DNA of 64,000 nt from Halorarum halobium (GTDB lineage: Archaea; Halobacteriota; Halobacteria; Halobacteriales; Haloferacaceae). Every line of letters begins with the position of its first letter. Position 1 is the first letter of the stretch. Below are positions 9,702-19,140 of the stretch, in pieces. Made by a program: the position numbers and the translations under genes. Location of the stretch: contig NZ_CP134949.1 of assembly GCF_032116555.1 (NCBI RefSeq), positions 2,542,001 to 2,606,000 on the forward strand, in the 5' to 3' direction. The notes beneath the pieces are model-generated. The model saw only the letters and a list, made by a program, of their open reading frames with translations. It ran no database searches and had not been told where the DNA came from.

Positions 9702-10735
9702 ACCCGACCGAACTCGACACCGACCCGTACATCCGCGACGTCGACAACCCGAAGGGCCGACAGCTGCGCGACATGCTCGACGAGCAGGAGTTCGTCTTCG
9801 CGCCCGGCCTGTATCACGCGCTGGACGCCCGCCTCGCCGAGATGGCGGGGCTCGACGCCGCCTACATGAGCGGCTACTCGACCGTGCTCGGCCAGTTCGG
9901 CTTCCCCGACCTGGAGATGGTGACGATGACCGAGATGGTCGAGAACGCGAAGCGCATCGTCGAGGCGACGTCGCTCCCGGTGATCGCCGACTGTGACACC
10001 GGCTACGGCGGCACCCACAACGTCCGCCGCGCCGTCCGCGAGTACGAGAAGGCCGGCGTCGCCGCCGTCCACATCGAGGACCAGACGACGCCCAAGCGCT
10101 GCGGGCACATCGCGGGCAAGCAGATCGTCTCCCGCGAGCAGGCCCGCTCCCGCTTCGAGGCGGCCGTCGACGCCAAGCAGAGCGAGGACACGGTCGTCAT
10201 CGCCCGCACGGACGCCTACGGCTCCGCCAACGGCGACTGGGAGGAACACCTCGAACGCGGCCGCATCTACGCCGACGCCGGCGTCGACATGGTCTGGCCC
10301 GAGATGCCCGACCCCTCGCGCGAGGACGCCGTCGAGTACGCCGAGACGATCCACGAGACCCACCCCGACCTCTCGCTCGCGTTCAACTACTCCTCGTCGT
10401 TCGCGTGGAGCGAGGAGGAGGACCCGCTCACGTTCGCGGAACTGGGCGACCTGGGCTACGAGTACATCTTCATCACGCTGTTCGGCCTCCACTCTGGCGC
10501 ACACAGCGTCTACGAGGACTTCTCGAAGCTGGCCGAGGCCGACGAGGAGGGCCAGTTCGATCTGGAGGAACGCTACCTCGGCCACGAGACCGAGAGCCAC
10601 CACGAACTCTCGTTCGTCGACCGCTTCCAGGACATCGAGACGCGGTTCGACCCCGAGGCCGAGGAGCGCATCGCCTCCTCGGAGGGGTTCAGCGAGGACC
10701 AGTCGGACCCCATCTCCTCGGAGACCGACGACTGA
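9698..10735 (+). CDS. aceA: Isocitrate lyase (haloarchaeal type)
   Basis: [36 protein letters not shown]; resembles Haloferax AceA as recalled. Confidence 0.92.
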   Translation: MNPTELDTDPYIRDVDNPKGRQLRDMLDEQEFVFAPGLYHALDARLAEMAGLDAAYMSGYSTVLGQFGFPDLEMVTMTEMVENAKRIVEATSLPVIADCDTGYGGTHNVRRAVREYEKAGVAAVHIEDQTTPKRCGHIAGKQIVSREQARSRFEAAVDAKQSEDTVVIARTDAYGSANGDWEEHLERGRIYADAGVDMVWPEMPDPSREDAVEYAETIHETHPDLSLAFNYSSSFAWSEEEDPLTFAELGDLGYEYIFITLFGLHSGAHSVYEDFSKLAEADEEGQFDLEERYLGHETESHHELSFVDRFQDIETRFDPEAEERIASSEGFSEDQSDPISSETDD

Positions 10736-10867
10736 CCGGCCCGTTCGGCGGCGCGACCGCCGGAACCGGGACCGAACTCCGCGGCCGCCGTCCTCACACG
10801 CCGGGCCGCCGCGGCCACCCGCCCGGCGCATCACTTTACGGTGCCGCGGCCCGTATTTCTTCCACCG

Positions 10868-11542
10868 ATGAGCATCCTCGCCGAGTTCACGGTGCCGGCG
10901 GACGAGTTCGTCCTCGCGGACACGCTGACGGCGGCCCCGGGGATGCGGATCGAGATCAAGCGCGTCGTCGGGGGTGAGGCGTCCGTCACGCCGTACTTCT
11001 GGGCCGCCGACGGCGACTTCGGCAGGTTCGAGGACGCGCTCCGGGACGACGAGATGGTCCGGGAGGTGCTCACGCTCGAGGAGCACGACGACCCCGACGA
11101 GGGGCTCCAGCGGGAGGAGCGGTTCTACCGCGTGACCTGGGCGACGGACGTCCCCAACGTCATCGCCGCCGTCTCGGCCGCCAGGGCCACCGTCCTGGAG
11201 GCGGTCAGCGGCGACACCGGTCGCTGGGAGCTCCGCGTCCTCTTCCCGGCCGACGAGGCGCTCTCCGAGTTCTACGACTACTGTCTCGAGCACGGGTTCG
11301 ACGTCGAGCCGACCCGGGTGTACAGACCGGAGAACCCCGAGGAACGGGCCGAGTACGACGTGACCGCCGACCAGCAGGAGGCGCTGGAGGCGGCCTACCA
11401 CGCGGGCTACTTCGCCGTCCCGCGCGAGCGGACGCTGACCGACGTCGCGGCGGACCTGGACCTCTCGCGGAACGCCCTGTCGGCCCGCCTGCGCCGCGGC
11501 CACCGGAACCTCCTCGCCAACACCCTCATCCACGAGGAGTGA
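10868..11542 (+). CDS. HTH-10 (bacterio-opsin activator-like) transcriptional regulator
   Basis: C-terminal T..QQEALEAAYHAGYFAVPRERTLTDVAADLDLSRNALSARLRRG. Confidence 0.92.
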   Translation: MSILAEFTVPADEFVLADTLTAAPGMRIEIKRVVGGEASVTPYFWAADGDFGRFEDALRDDEMVREVLTLEEHDDPDEGLQREERFYRVTWATDVPNVIAAVSAARATVLEAVSGDTGRWELRVLFPADEALSEFYDYCLEHGFDVEPTRVYRPENPEERAEYDVTADQQEALEAAYHAGYFAVPRERTLTDVAADLDLSRNALSARLRRGHRNLLANTLIHEE

Positions 11543-11654
11543 GTCGGGCCGCGGACGACGTCCGCGCCGGCACCGTTCAAAAGCAGTGGTCGTACGAACA
11601 CAGAACGCTCTCACCGCCTCGTCGGCAATACCGTCCCGGGGTAGCAGTGGTACC

Positions 11655-11792
11655 ATGACCAGTACAGACACGTCAGAGGCAGTCGAACGCGGGATGCAGC
11701 GTCGGACGATCACGCGTCGAGGGGTGTCGTCCGCGGGAACCTCGGGGGGGGCTGGCGGGCCCGGACGCGCGCCGGAGGTCCCCCCGGGATGA
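11655..11792 (+). CDS. Candidate 45-aa micro-ORF coupled to HalOD1 gene
   Basis: MTSTDTSEAVERGMQRR...; stop overlaps HalOD1 ATG (ATGA). Confidence 0.3.
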   Translation: MTSTDTSEAVERGMQRRTITRRGVSSAGTSGGAGGPGRAPEVPPG

Positions 11793-12103
11793 CCGCCTCA
11801 CGCGAGCGTGGGGACCCGACGCCGACCAGCGAGCGGGTCGTCGAGGCCGTCGCGGCAGAGATCGGAACGACCCCCGATCGGCTCGACCCGCTGTACTACA
11901 CCGTCGACCCGGAGAGCCTGGACCGGTTGTTCCCGGCCGGCGTCGACGGGTCCGATCCGAACCGTCGGCTCCAGTTCACCTACGAGGGCCACGTCGTGAG
12001 CGTCCCGGCCGACGGGCCGGTCGACGTGTTCCGGCCCGGCACCGCCGCCTCCGACGGCTCCTCGGTCGCCCCCGACGGGGGAACGACCGGGACGCCGGAC
12101 TGA
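11789..12103 (+). CDS. HalOD1 output-domain protein
   Basis: SERVVEAVA...LDPLYYTVDPESLDRLF...LQFTYEGHVVSV. Confidence 0.88.
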   Translation: MTASRERGDPTPTSERVVEAVAAEIGTTPDRLDPLYYTVDPESLDRLFPAGVDGSDPNRRLQFTYEGHVVSVPADGPVDVFRPGTAASDGSSVAPDGGTTGTPD

Positions 12104-12250
12104 GCGGAACCGACCGGACGCGACCGGCCGTGTTGCCGACCGGGACCCGAGCGTCGAGGAGTATCGGTCCGTTCCGATCGACGGGCGCGGGACCCCGGAC
12201 GGATGCTCCGACCGGCGGAACTACGTCGAAGCGGGGAGAGCCGACCCAAC

Positions 12251-12868
12251 ATGAGCGATGGCACGGCTGGTCCGACCGCCGACACGAGGCCGACGGCGGG
12301 CGACGGCGGGACCGACGGCGACCCCGAATCGGAACCGACCGTCGACGACCTGCTCGACCAGCTCGAGACGCTGGAGGAGACCGTCGACGAGGAGGAGGAG
12401 GTAGCGAAAGTCCGCGACGCGATGCGGACGGCCACGAAGCTCTCGCGGCCCACCGTGTTCGGCCGCATCGTCCACGGCTTCGACCGCGGCGACATCGCGG
12501 AGGCGCTGCTGGGCAGCATCATCTTCGGCGTCCCGATGCTGGTCGAGGGCGGCACCCAGGAGGTCGGCGCGCACCTGGCGACACACCCGGCGTACCTGGT
12601 CGGCACGTTCGTCGTGACCGTCGCGGCCGTGGTCGGCATCGTCTACGTCGCCGACTTCCAGGACGTCCGGGTAGACGACCCGTTCCTGGGGGTCGTCCCG
12701 CGACGGCTGGTGGGCGTGCTCGGCGTCGCGCTTGCGGTCGCCGTCCTGGGGTTGACGGCGTGGGGCCGGATCACCTGGGCGGAACCGATGGTGGCGCTCG
12801 GGAACGTCGTGGCCGCGCTCCTCCCGATGGCGGTGGGCGGTGCGCTCGGCGACCTGCTCCCCGGCTGA
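12251..12868 (+). CDS. Integral membrane protein (DUF2391-like)
   Basis: Acidic N-terminus, then FDRGDIAEALLGSIIFGVPMLVEGGT and 4 TM segments ending GGALGDLLPG. Confidence 0.8.
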   Translation: MSDGTAGPTADTRPTAGDGGTDGDPESEPTVDDLLDQLETLEETVDEEEEVAKVRDAMRTATKLSRPTVFGRIVHGFDRGDIAEALLGSIIFGVPMLVEGGTQEVGAHLATHPAYLVGTFVVTVAAVVGIVYVADFQDVRVDDPFLGVVPRRLVGVLGVALAVAVLGLTAWGRITWAEPMVALGNVVAALLPMAVGGALGDLLPG

Positions 12869-12907
12869 GGGGAGACCAAGCGGGGAACGGGCCGCCGTCC
12901 GAGCACG

Positions 12908-12972
12908 CCATCGGACGACGGATCTCACCGGACGACGAACCCACCGGAGGACGGACCCATCGGACGACGGTG
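12908..12972. repeat. Degenerate ~16-bp tandem repeat x4
   Basis: ccatcggacgacggat / ctcaccggacgacgaac / ccaccggaggacggac / ccatcggacgacggtg between convergent genes. Confidence 0.75.
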
Positions 12973-12984
12973 TCGTTCCGACCG

Positions 12985-13782
12985 CTACCGACACCCCCGG
13001 AGGAAGGCGTCGACTTCCGCCGAGATGAGCTCCGGCGCCTCGCCGGGCCCGCCGTGGCCGACGCCGTCGAACTCGACGAGGCGACTCTGGGGGAGCGCCT
13101 CGTGAACGCGGCGAGCGCTCTCGCGGAGGAACGCCGGACCGTCGGTGCCGGTCAGGACGAGCACGGGCGCGTCGACGTCGAGCCGGTCGGGAAGCCGATA
13201 CCGCTCGACGGCGCGGTTCATCCGGACGACCTCCTCGGCGAGCTCCACGCAGTCGGGCCAGACCGGCCACTCGGCCAGCCACGCGTCGAGGTCGTCGATC
13301 CCGTCGGGATGGAGGACCTGCTCGACGTAGCGTTTCACCGCCTCGCCGGGTTCGTCCTCCTCGACCAGCGCCTCCATGCGGTCGGCGAGGTCGGCCTCCC
13401 GCCGGAACTCGTCGGGGAGGACCGCCGGTTCGTACGCGAGGATGGCCCCGACGTCCGCCTCCGTCGCGGCCTCGATCGCGGTGAGCGCGCCGTACGAGTG
13501 GCCCAAGAGGATCGGATCGCCGTCCACGGCGTCGACGAGCGTTCGGACGTACTCGGTCTCGCGTTCCAGCACCTCGTCCGCGCTCGTCCCCGCCGGGTCG
13601 TCGAGACAGGTGCCGAACCCGGGACGCTGGGGGACGACGGCGGCGTACTCCTCGAAGTGGGGGACGACCGGGTTCCAGTACGCCGGGGGCGCCATCCCCC
13701 CGTGGAGCAGGATCAGCGGCCGCCCGTCGCCGTGTCGTTCGTAGGTCACTCCCGTGTCGTCTACGGATCGTGTCGTCTGCAT
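12985..13782 (-). CDS. Alpha/beta-fold hydrolase
   Basis: LLHGG oxyanion motif, GHSYG nucleophile elbow, C-terminal GVGH. Confidence 0.92.
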   Translation of the reverse strand: MQTTRSVDDTGVTYERHGDGRPLILLHGGMAPPAYWNPVVPHFEEYAAVVPQRPGFGTCLDDPAGTSADEVLERETEYVRTLVDAVDGDPILLGHSYGALTAIEAATEADVGAILAYEPAVLPDEFRREADLADRMEALVEEDEPGEAVKRYVEQVLHPDGIDDLDAWLAEWPVWPDCVELAEEVVRMNRAVERYRLPDRLDVDAPVLVLTGTDGPAFLRESARRVHEALPQSRLVEFDGVGHGGPGEAPELISAEVDAFLRGCR

Positions 13783-13927
13783 GCGGGTTCGCGTTCGAGC
13801 GCGACCGGGCTAACCCGTTCCCTCAGTGATGGGGCCTTTTATGAAGGGGCGATGGTGACGGGTCCCGGCCGTTCCGTCGGCCCGAACCGGTAGACTCTCG
13901 CGGTAGCACGGACAGGGGCGATACCGT

Positions 13928-14614
13928 ATGGGACTCGTCGCCGAGTTCGAGATCCACTGTGACGCGCTCCCGCTCGTTACGGTCCCGACAGCGGTCCCCG
14001 AGGCGACGGTGACGCTCGACCTGCAGTTCACCCACGGCGACCGGCCGCTGTTCATCGCCACCGTGACCGGGGGCTCCCGGACGGCGGTCGAGAACGCTCT
14101 CGACGACGCCGTCGACGTTCGGGCGTGGACCCTCGTGGGTCGCGCCGGGGACACCCGTCGGTACCAGGTCCACCCGGCGCTCAGCCTGGAGGAACAGCTC
14201 GGCGAGCGCCTCGACGACCTCGCGGGGCTCGAAGCGCTCGCCACGGCCGACGCCATCATCGAACGCATCGAGGTGGAGCCGGACGGGTGGCGCCAGACGG
14301 GCTGGTTCGCCGACCGGGACGCGTTCGGGTCGTTCTCGTCGTTCTGGCGGCGGAACGTCGGGTTTCGGCTGCACCGGCTCACCCGTGACGGCGAGCCCGA
14401 ATCGCCGGGCGACGGGCTCACCGACCGCCAGCACGAGGCGCTCCGAACGGCCTACGAACTGGGGTACTTCGACGTTCCACGCCGGACGTCGCTGGACGCG
14501 GTTGCGACGGAGTTGGGTATCTCGGCGTCCTCGGCGTCGGAGCGGCTGCGTCGCGCTCAGAGCCGGCTCATCGAGGAAACGGTGGCGACGACGTGGCCGC
14601 CCCTCCCGGACTGA
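13928..14614 (+). CDS. HTH-10 (Bat-like) transcriptional regulator
   Basis: LTDRQHEALRTAYELGYFDVPRRTSLDAVATELGIS; divergent from hydrolase. Confidence 0.92.
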   Translation: MGLVAEFEIHCDALPLVTVPTAVPEATVTLDLQFTHGDRPLFIATVTGGSRTAVENALDDAVDVRAWTLVGRAGDTRRYQVHPALSLEEQLGERLDDLAGLEALATADAIIERIEVEPDGWRQTGWFADRDAFGSFSSFWRRNVGFRLHRLTRDGEPESPGDGLTDRQHEALRTAYELGYFDVPRRTSLDAVATELGISASSASERLRRAQSRLIEETVATTWPPLPD

Positions 14615-14734
14615 CGGCTGCGGGCGTCTCCGAAAACGGATGCGGAACGGACGGTCGCGGAACGACCGACGAAATCGACTCGACCGTCGCCCCACGAACC
14701 GTGACCGACGACGGGAGTTCGGCGGAGCGGTCGA

Positions 14735-14914
14735 TTACGCGTCGATGCGCGAGGAGTCGATGTCGGCCCCCTCGTTGATGAGCACGAAGCCGTAGTCGCA
14801 CTCCGGACAGCGCCACTTCGTCTTCTCGCCGAGGTGGACCTCCATGCTGGCGGTCCGCCAGAACGTCCGTGACTCCTCACAGCGCGGACAGCCGTGTTCC
14901 AGTTCGAGGCTCAT
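14735..14914 (-). CDS. Small zinc-ribbon protein (59 aa)
   Basis: MSLELEHGCPRCEES...KWRCPECDYGFV; embedded in a longer shadow ORF in the track. Confidence 0.85.
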   Translation of the reverse strand: MSLELEHGCPRCEESRTFWRTASMEVHLGEKTKWRCPECDYGFVLINEGADIDSSRIDA

Positions 14915-15013
14915 ACGACCCCGTCGGACCCGGTACGGTTTCAAAACTCCGATTGCCGGGATGCCCGTGGTCGGAATCAACGAGTTCATCCGACGCTGCA
15001 CGAACGGGCCACC

Positions 15014-15499
15014 GTGAAACGAACGCTCGCGGAGGCGACGTACGCCGGCGCGCTGCTCGCGGCGGCGGGCGCGCTCGCGTGGGCGACCGGCAGGCCGCTC
15101 GTCTTTCCGAGCCTCGGCCCCTCCGCGTACCTGCTCGCGACCGCGCCCGAGCGGACGAGCGACCGCGAACTGCTCGGGGGCCACGCGATCGGCGTGCTCG
15201 CGGGGCTCGTCTCCTATCACGCGCTGGCGGCCGGCAACGGAATCCTGGTCGGCTTCGACCCCGGCGGCGCGGTCGGCGCCCACGTCGTCGCCAGCGGGGT
15301 CGTCTCGGTCGTCCTCACGACGGCCGGGATGGCGCTCACCGACGCCCGGCACGCGCCGGCCTGCGCGACGACGCTCATCGTCTCGCTCGGCCTGCTCCCC
15401 ACGCTGGGCGACGCGCTCGTCATCGCCGTCGGCGTGAGCGGCCTGTACGCCGCCTCGGTGGTCGCGGAACGACTGGGGTTCGCCGGCCGACCCCGGTAG
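15014..15499 (+). CDS. HPP-family membrane protein
   Basis: VFPSLGPSAYL, LLGGHAIG, HAPACATTL; start uncertain. Confidence 0.85.
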   Translation: MKRTLAEATYAGALLAAAGALAWATGRPLVFPSLGPSAYLLATAPERTSDRELLGGHAIGVLAGLVSYHALAAGNGILVGFDPGGAVGAHVVASGVVSVVLTTAGMALTDARHAPACATTLIVSLGLLPTLGDALVIAVGVSGLYAASVVAERLGFAGRPR

Positions 15500-15583
15500 C
15501 CCGGACCGGGACGCCGGCACTCGACGGCCGTGGCGAATGCCGGGAACGGTACGCAAAAGCCCCCGCCCCGAGACGTGTCGACC

Positions 15584-15973
15584 ATGACCTTCGAGACGAC
15601 CGTGGAGCCGCGGTATCGGGACCTCGACACGATGGGTCACGTCAACAACGCGGTGTACGCCTCGTATCTCGAACACGGACGCGCCGCGTTCTTCCGCGAG
15701 GAGATCGGGACCGAGCTTCACGAGTCGAACGTCGCGCTCGCCTCGCTCTCGATCGACTTCCGGCGGCCGATCGAGGGGCTCGACGAGGTGACCGTCTCGC
15801 TGGCCGTCGAGGACCTCGGGACCACCAGCGCGACGATCGCCTACGAGATCAGCCACGACGGCGAGCCGGCCGCGTCGGCCGAGACGGTGCAGGTCGCGCT
15901 GGACGACGACGGCCGACCGACGCCGATCGAGGGCGCGGCCAGGGACGCGTTCGAGCGTCATCTCGACTCGTGA
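15584..15973 (+). CDS. Acyl-CoA thioesterase (hotdog, 4HBT-like)
   Basis: RYRDLDTMGHVNNAVY. Confidence 0.93.
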   Translation: MTFETTVEPRYRDLDTMGHVNNAVYASYLEHGRAAFFREEIGTELHESNVALASLSIDFRRPIEGLDEVTVSLAVEDLGTTSATIAYEISHDGEPAASAETVQVALDDDGRPTPIEGAARDAFERHLDS

Positions 15974-17181
15974 GCGACCAGCAGGTGGCCGACGGCGTGG
16001 CGACGGGCCGGACCGGAACCGGATCGCGGCGCGTGCTCGCGGTGGTCGCGGGCGCGAACTTCAGTCAGCTGGGCGTCAGGTTCCTGCTCGGCGCGGTCGT
16101 CCCGTTCGTCCTCGTCGAGTTCGAGACGTCCAAGTCGGTCGTCGGGCTCGCGCTCACCGGGATGTGGGCCGCCTACGCGCTGTTGCAGTTCCCGAGCGGC
16201 GTGCTCGCCGACCGGTTCGGCGAGCGCCCGCTGCTCCTCGCCGGGGTTGGTGGCGCGGCGGGCGGCGCGACGCTGGTGGCGGTCGCGCCCTCGGTCGCGC
16301 TGTTCGGCGTCGCGGCGGTCCTGCTCGGCGCGGGGGCGGGGTTGTTCTTCGCCCCCGCGTCGTCGCTGCTCTCCCGGCTCTTCGAGGCACGGGGCGGCGC
16401 GCTCGGCGCGCTGACGGCCGGCGGCGCGTTCGCCGGCGTCGCGTTCCCGGCGCTCGGCGGGGTCGTCGCCGAGGCGTGGGGCTGGCGGGTCGCCGTCGGG
16501 CTCGGCGCGCTGGTCGCGGTGCCGGTGCTCGGGGCGACGGCGGCGATCGTGCCCGACCTCGACCCGACCAACCCGGGCCGCGAGTTCGCCGCCGCCGTGG
16601 ACCCCGGTCGGCTGGTCGGGCTGCTGACGCGGCCGGGCCTCGCGTACACGACCGTCGTGGCCAGCTGCACCGGCTTCACGTTCCAGGCGGTCTCCTCCTT
16701 CTTCCCGACGTTCCTCGTCGAGTACCGGGGTCTCGACCCCGCGACCGCGGGGCTGGCGTTCGGAGCCGCGTTCGCCCTCTCCTCGCTCGCCCAGCCGCTG
16801 GCCGGCCGGGCGTCGGATCTCGTCTCGCGGGACGCCGCGATCGCGGGGAGCGTCACGCTCGCCGGGCTCGGGATCCTCACGCTCGTCGAGGTTCCCGGGA
16901 CGGGAGGGCTCTTCGTGGGCACCGCGGTACTCGGGGTGGGAATCTCGTGGCCCGGGACGATCCAGGCGCGGGTCATGGACCGGCTCTCGGACGCCGAACG
17001 CGGCTACGGCTTCGGGCTCGTCAGGACGACGTACATGCTGCTGGCCGCGTCCGGGAGCGTCGTGGTCGGCGCGCTCGCGGACGCGGGCGGCTGGCCGCTG
17101 GCCTACGGGACCGTCGTCGGGCTGCTGTCGTGCTGTCTGGCGCTGCTCGGGCTGAACCGGGCGCTTCGGCTCGGGCTGTAG
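15970..17181 (+). CDS. MFS transporter
   Basis: ~12 TM segments, GVLADRFGER motif A; GTGA overlap with thioesterase. Confidence 0.92.
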   Translation: MSDQQVADGVATGRTGTGSRRVLAVVAGANFSQLGVRFLLGAVVPFVLVEFETSKSVVGLALTGMWAAYALLQFPSGVLADRFGERPLLLAGVGGAAGGATLVAVAPSVALFGVAAVLLGAGAGLFFAPASSLLSRLFEARGGALGALTAGGAFAGVAFPALGGVVAEAWGWRVAVGLGALVAVPVLGATAAIVPDLDPTNPGREFAAAVDPGRLVGLLTRPGLAYTTVVASCTGFTFQAVSSFFPTFLVEYRGLDPATAGLAFGAAFALSSLAQPLAGRASDLVSRDAAIAGSVTLAGLGILTLVEVPGTGGLFVGTAVLGVGISWPGTIQARVMDRLSDAERGYGFGLVRTTYMLLAASGSVVVGALADAGGWPLAYGTVVGLLSCCLALLGLNRALRLGL

Positions 17182-17219
17182 GGAGTCCGGCGTCGGGACG
17201 GCCCGAACGGGACCCGACG

Positions 17220-17738
17220 CTACCCGTCCGAGAACGGCGCTTCCATCGCGCCAACGTCCAGAACGACCTCGTCCGCGGTCTCCGCGACCGCCTCGACCGC
17301 GCCGACGACCACGAGCTTCGAGACGGGGGTCGGCCCGACGACGACCGGATCGCCGACCGCGAGCCCGTCGACGGCCTCCTGGAAGTGGATCCGCGCCCGG
17401 CAGCGGTCCGGCTCCCCGACGTCGATCAGGTCGATCGTGTCGACGGTCGCGCTGACGCGGTCGTGTTCGTGCGCGAGGACGAGCCGTTCGGGCTCCTCGA
17501 GGTCCTGATAGCTCAGGACGTCGTAGGCGGCCGCGGTCGGCTTGTAGCCGCCTTTCGGCCCGGGAATCCCCTCGATCAGCCCCAGCGCCTTCAGGCTCCG
17601 GAACTCGTTGCGGGTGCTCCCCGCGGTCCGGTCGAGGGCGTCCGCGATGATCTCCCCCTTCACGGGCGCGCTCTCGTACTCCTCGAGCAGCGTCGCGAGT
17701 ATCCGTCGCTGCGTCGCGCTCAGCTCCACCTGGCTCAT
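17220..17738 (-). CDS. Winged-HTH protein (HrcA/COG2524-like N-terminal domain, no CBS pair)
   Basis: VKGEIIADALDR...TRNEFRSLKALGLIEGIPGPKGGY; TATAAAT on minus strand at 17761-17767. Confidence 0.85.
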   Translation of the reverse strand: MSQVELSATQRRILATLLEEYESAPVKGEIIADALDRTAGSTRNEFRSLKALGLIEGIPGPKGGYKPTAAAYDVLSYQDLEEPERLVLAHEHDRVSATVDTIDLIDVGEPDRCRARIHFQEAVDGLAVGDPVVVGPTPVSKLVVVGAVEAVAETADEVVLDVGAMEAPFSDG

Positions 17739-17872
17739 GCCGGGAATCGTCGGTGTCCACATTTATAGGTGTGGGAGGAGGACGGTTCTGTCCCCGACCG
17801 TGACGATTTCGACCGAACGTCGTCAAAGACGCGAAGATAGTCGTCGTTCGTGAACGTCGAGCGAGTAGTCAT
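17735..17872 (-). CDS. Candidate 45-aa micro-ORF bridging NadE-like and HTH genes
   Basis: MTTRSTFTNDDYLRVFDDVRSK...; ATGA overlaps at both ends. Confidence 0.35.
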   Translation of the reverse strand: MTTRSTFTNDDYLRVFDDVRSKSSRSGTEPSSSHTYKCGHRRFPA

Positions 17873-18732
17873 CCGGAAGTCGCCTCGTTTCGGTCGGGAC
17901 GTGCGGGACGACGCCGCTTGTGGCGGGTGCCCGCGTGCCGGCCGGCGAGGTGTTCGACCAGTTCCGCGTCGACGCCGAGCGCGTCCGCGGTGCCCTCGAC
18001 GGTCCGACCGTCCTCGATCGCCAGCGCGAGGACGCGATCGACCGTCTCGGCGGGGACGTCCCGGGTCGGTTCGTCCGCGAACCCGCCCCACCGATCCGGT
18101 CCCGCGGATGGTTCGATCACGAACTCGGGCACGTCGAGGTGGGCCGCGAGCGCCCGAACCTCCGTCTCGAACAGGTGGCCGAGCGGGAGCAGGTCGGCCG
18201 CGCCGTCGCCGTGTTTCGTCCAGTCGCCGAGCAGCCGGTCGGTACGCGTCGTCGACCCGACGACGAGTCGGCGGGTCGCGTTCGCCAGGAAGTACGCGCA
18301 GGTCATCCGGAGCCGGGCGACCACGTTCATCGTCGTGACCGTGTCCGCGGCGGGGGCCAGTTCGCCGCCGACGGTCTCCCGGAAGCCGGCGAGGAGCCTG
18401 TGGAGCTGAACCCGCGTCGCGTCGACGCCGAGCAGGTCGGCGACCGCCTCGGCGTCCCGGGCGTTCGCCTCGCTGCCGAGGGTGCAGGGCAACACCAGCC
18501 CGTGGACGTCGTCGGCTCCGAGCGCGTCGACCGCGACGGCGGCGGTCACCGTCGAGTCCACGTCGCCGCGGAGCCGGACCACGACGCCGTTCGCGCCGCT
18601 CTCGTCCACGACGCTCCGCACGAACGAGGTCGCTCGCTCGTGTGTCGACGCCAGCCGTTCCGGGTCCGTTCGCAGCGCCCGCCGTGGCTCGCTCCGGCCG
18701 GCGTCGGCCCCGCTCGTCTCGGTGCCCGTCAC
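17869..18732 (-). CDS. NH3-dependent NAD+ synthetase paralog with degenerate motifs
   Basis: NVVARLRM, WTKHGDGAADLLPLGHL; PP-loop reads LRGDVDST instead of LSGGxDS; GTG start overlaps upstream stop. Confidence 0.8.
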   Translation of the reverse strand: MTGTETSGADAGRSEPRRALRTDPERLASTHERATSFVRSVVDESGANGVVVRLRGDVDSTVTAAVAVDALGADDVHGLVLPCTLGSEANARDAEAVADLLGVDATRVQLHRLLAGFRETVGGELAPAADTVTTMNVVARLRMTCAYFLANATRRLVVGSTTRTDRLLGDWTKHGDGAADLLPLGHLFETEVRALAAHLDVPEFVIEPSAGPDRWGGFADEPTRDVPAETVDRVLALAIEDGRTVEGTADALGVDAELVEHLAGRHAGTRHKRRRPARPDRNEATSG

Positions 18733-18905
18733 CCGCTCCAGTCTCCCTGAATGTCGTCGCCGATCCGATCCCGCCAGACCCCGAAGCGGGACTCGCAGTC
18801 GGGCGTCTCGTCGATGTGGTCGACGAACCCCGCCCCCGGCGACGGCAGCTGTTCGCCACAGAACGGGCAGCTGTTCGGGTCGGTCCACGTCTCGGTCGCT
18901 GACAT
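18729..18905 (-). CDS. Small CPxCG protein (58 aa)
   Basis: MSATETWTDPNSCPFCGEQLPSPGAGFVDHIDETPDC...WSG. Confidence 0.85.
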   Translation of the reverse strand: MSATETWTDPNSCPFCGEQLPSPGAGFVDHIDETPDCESRFGVWRDRIGDDIQGDWSG

Positions 18906-18927
18906 GGGAGACGATGGCGTCCGAGAC

Positions 18928-19035
18928 GCATTAAACGTTGCCGGAGAACAACACAAACGGACTAATATTCCTTTTATCCATATCCGAACGTCACGCCGGT
19001 TCGCGTAATAACGAAGGAACACCCATTATTTATCG
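18928..19035. promoter_or_regulatory. AT-rich promoter/regulatory region of the CPxCG-NadE-like unit
   Basis: TTTAA on minus strand ~27 nt upstream of ATG 18905; further AT tracts (actaatattccttttatccatat, attattttat). Confidence 0.55.
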
Positions 19036-19140
19036 CTCAGGTGGACGGGCGGACAAGCCGGGTCGACACACCGGCCGACGAACTGGACGCCCGTCCGGAG
19101 CCGTCGGGAGGACCCGGGGTGAACCGGCGTGACGCGACGG

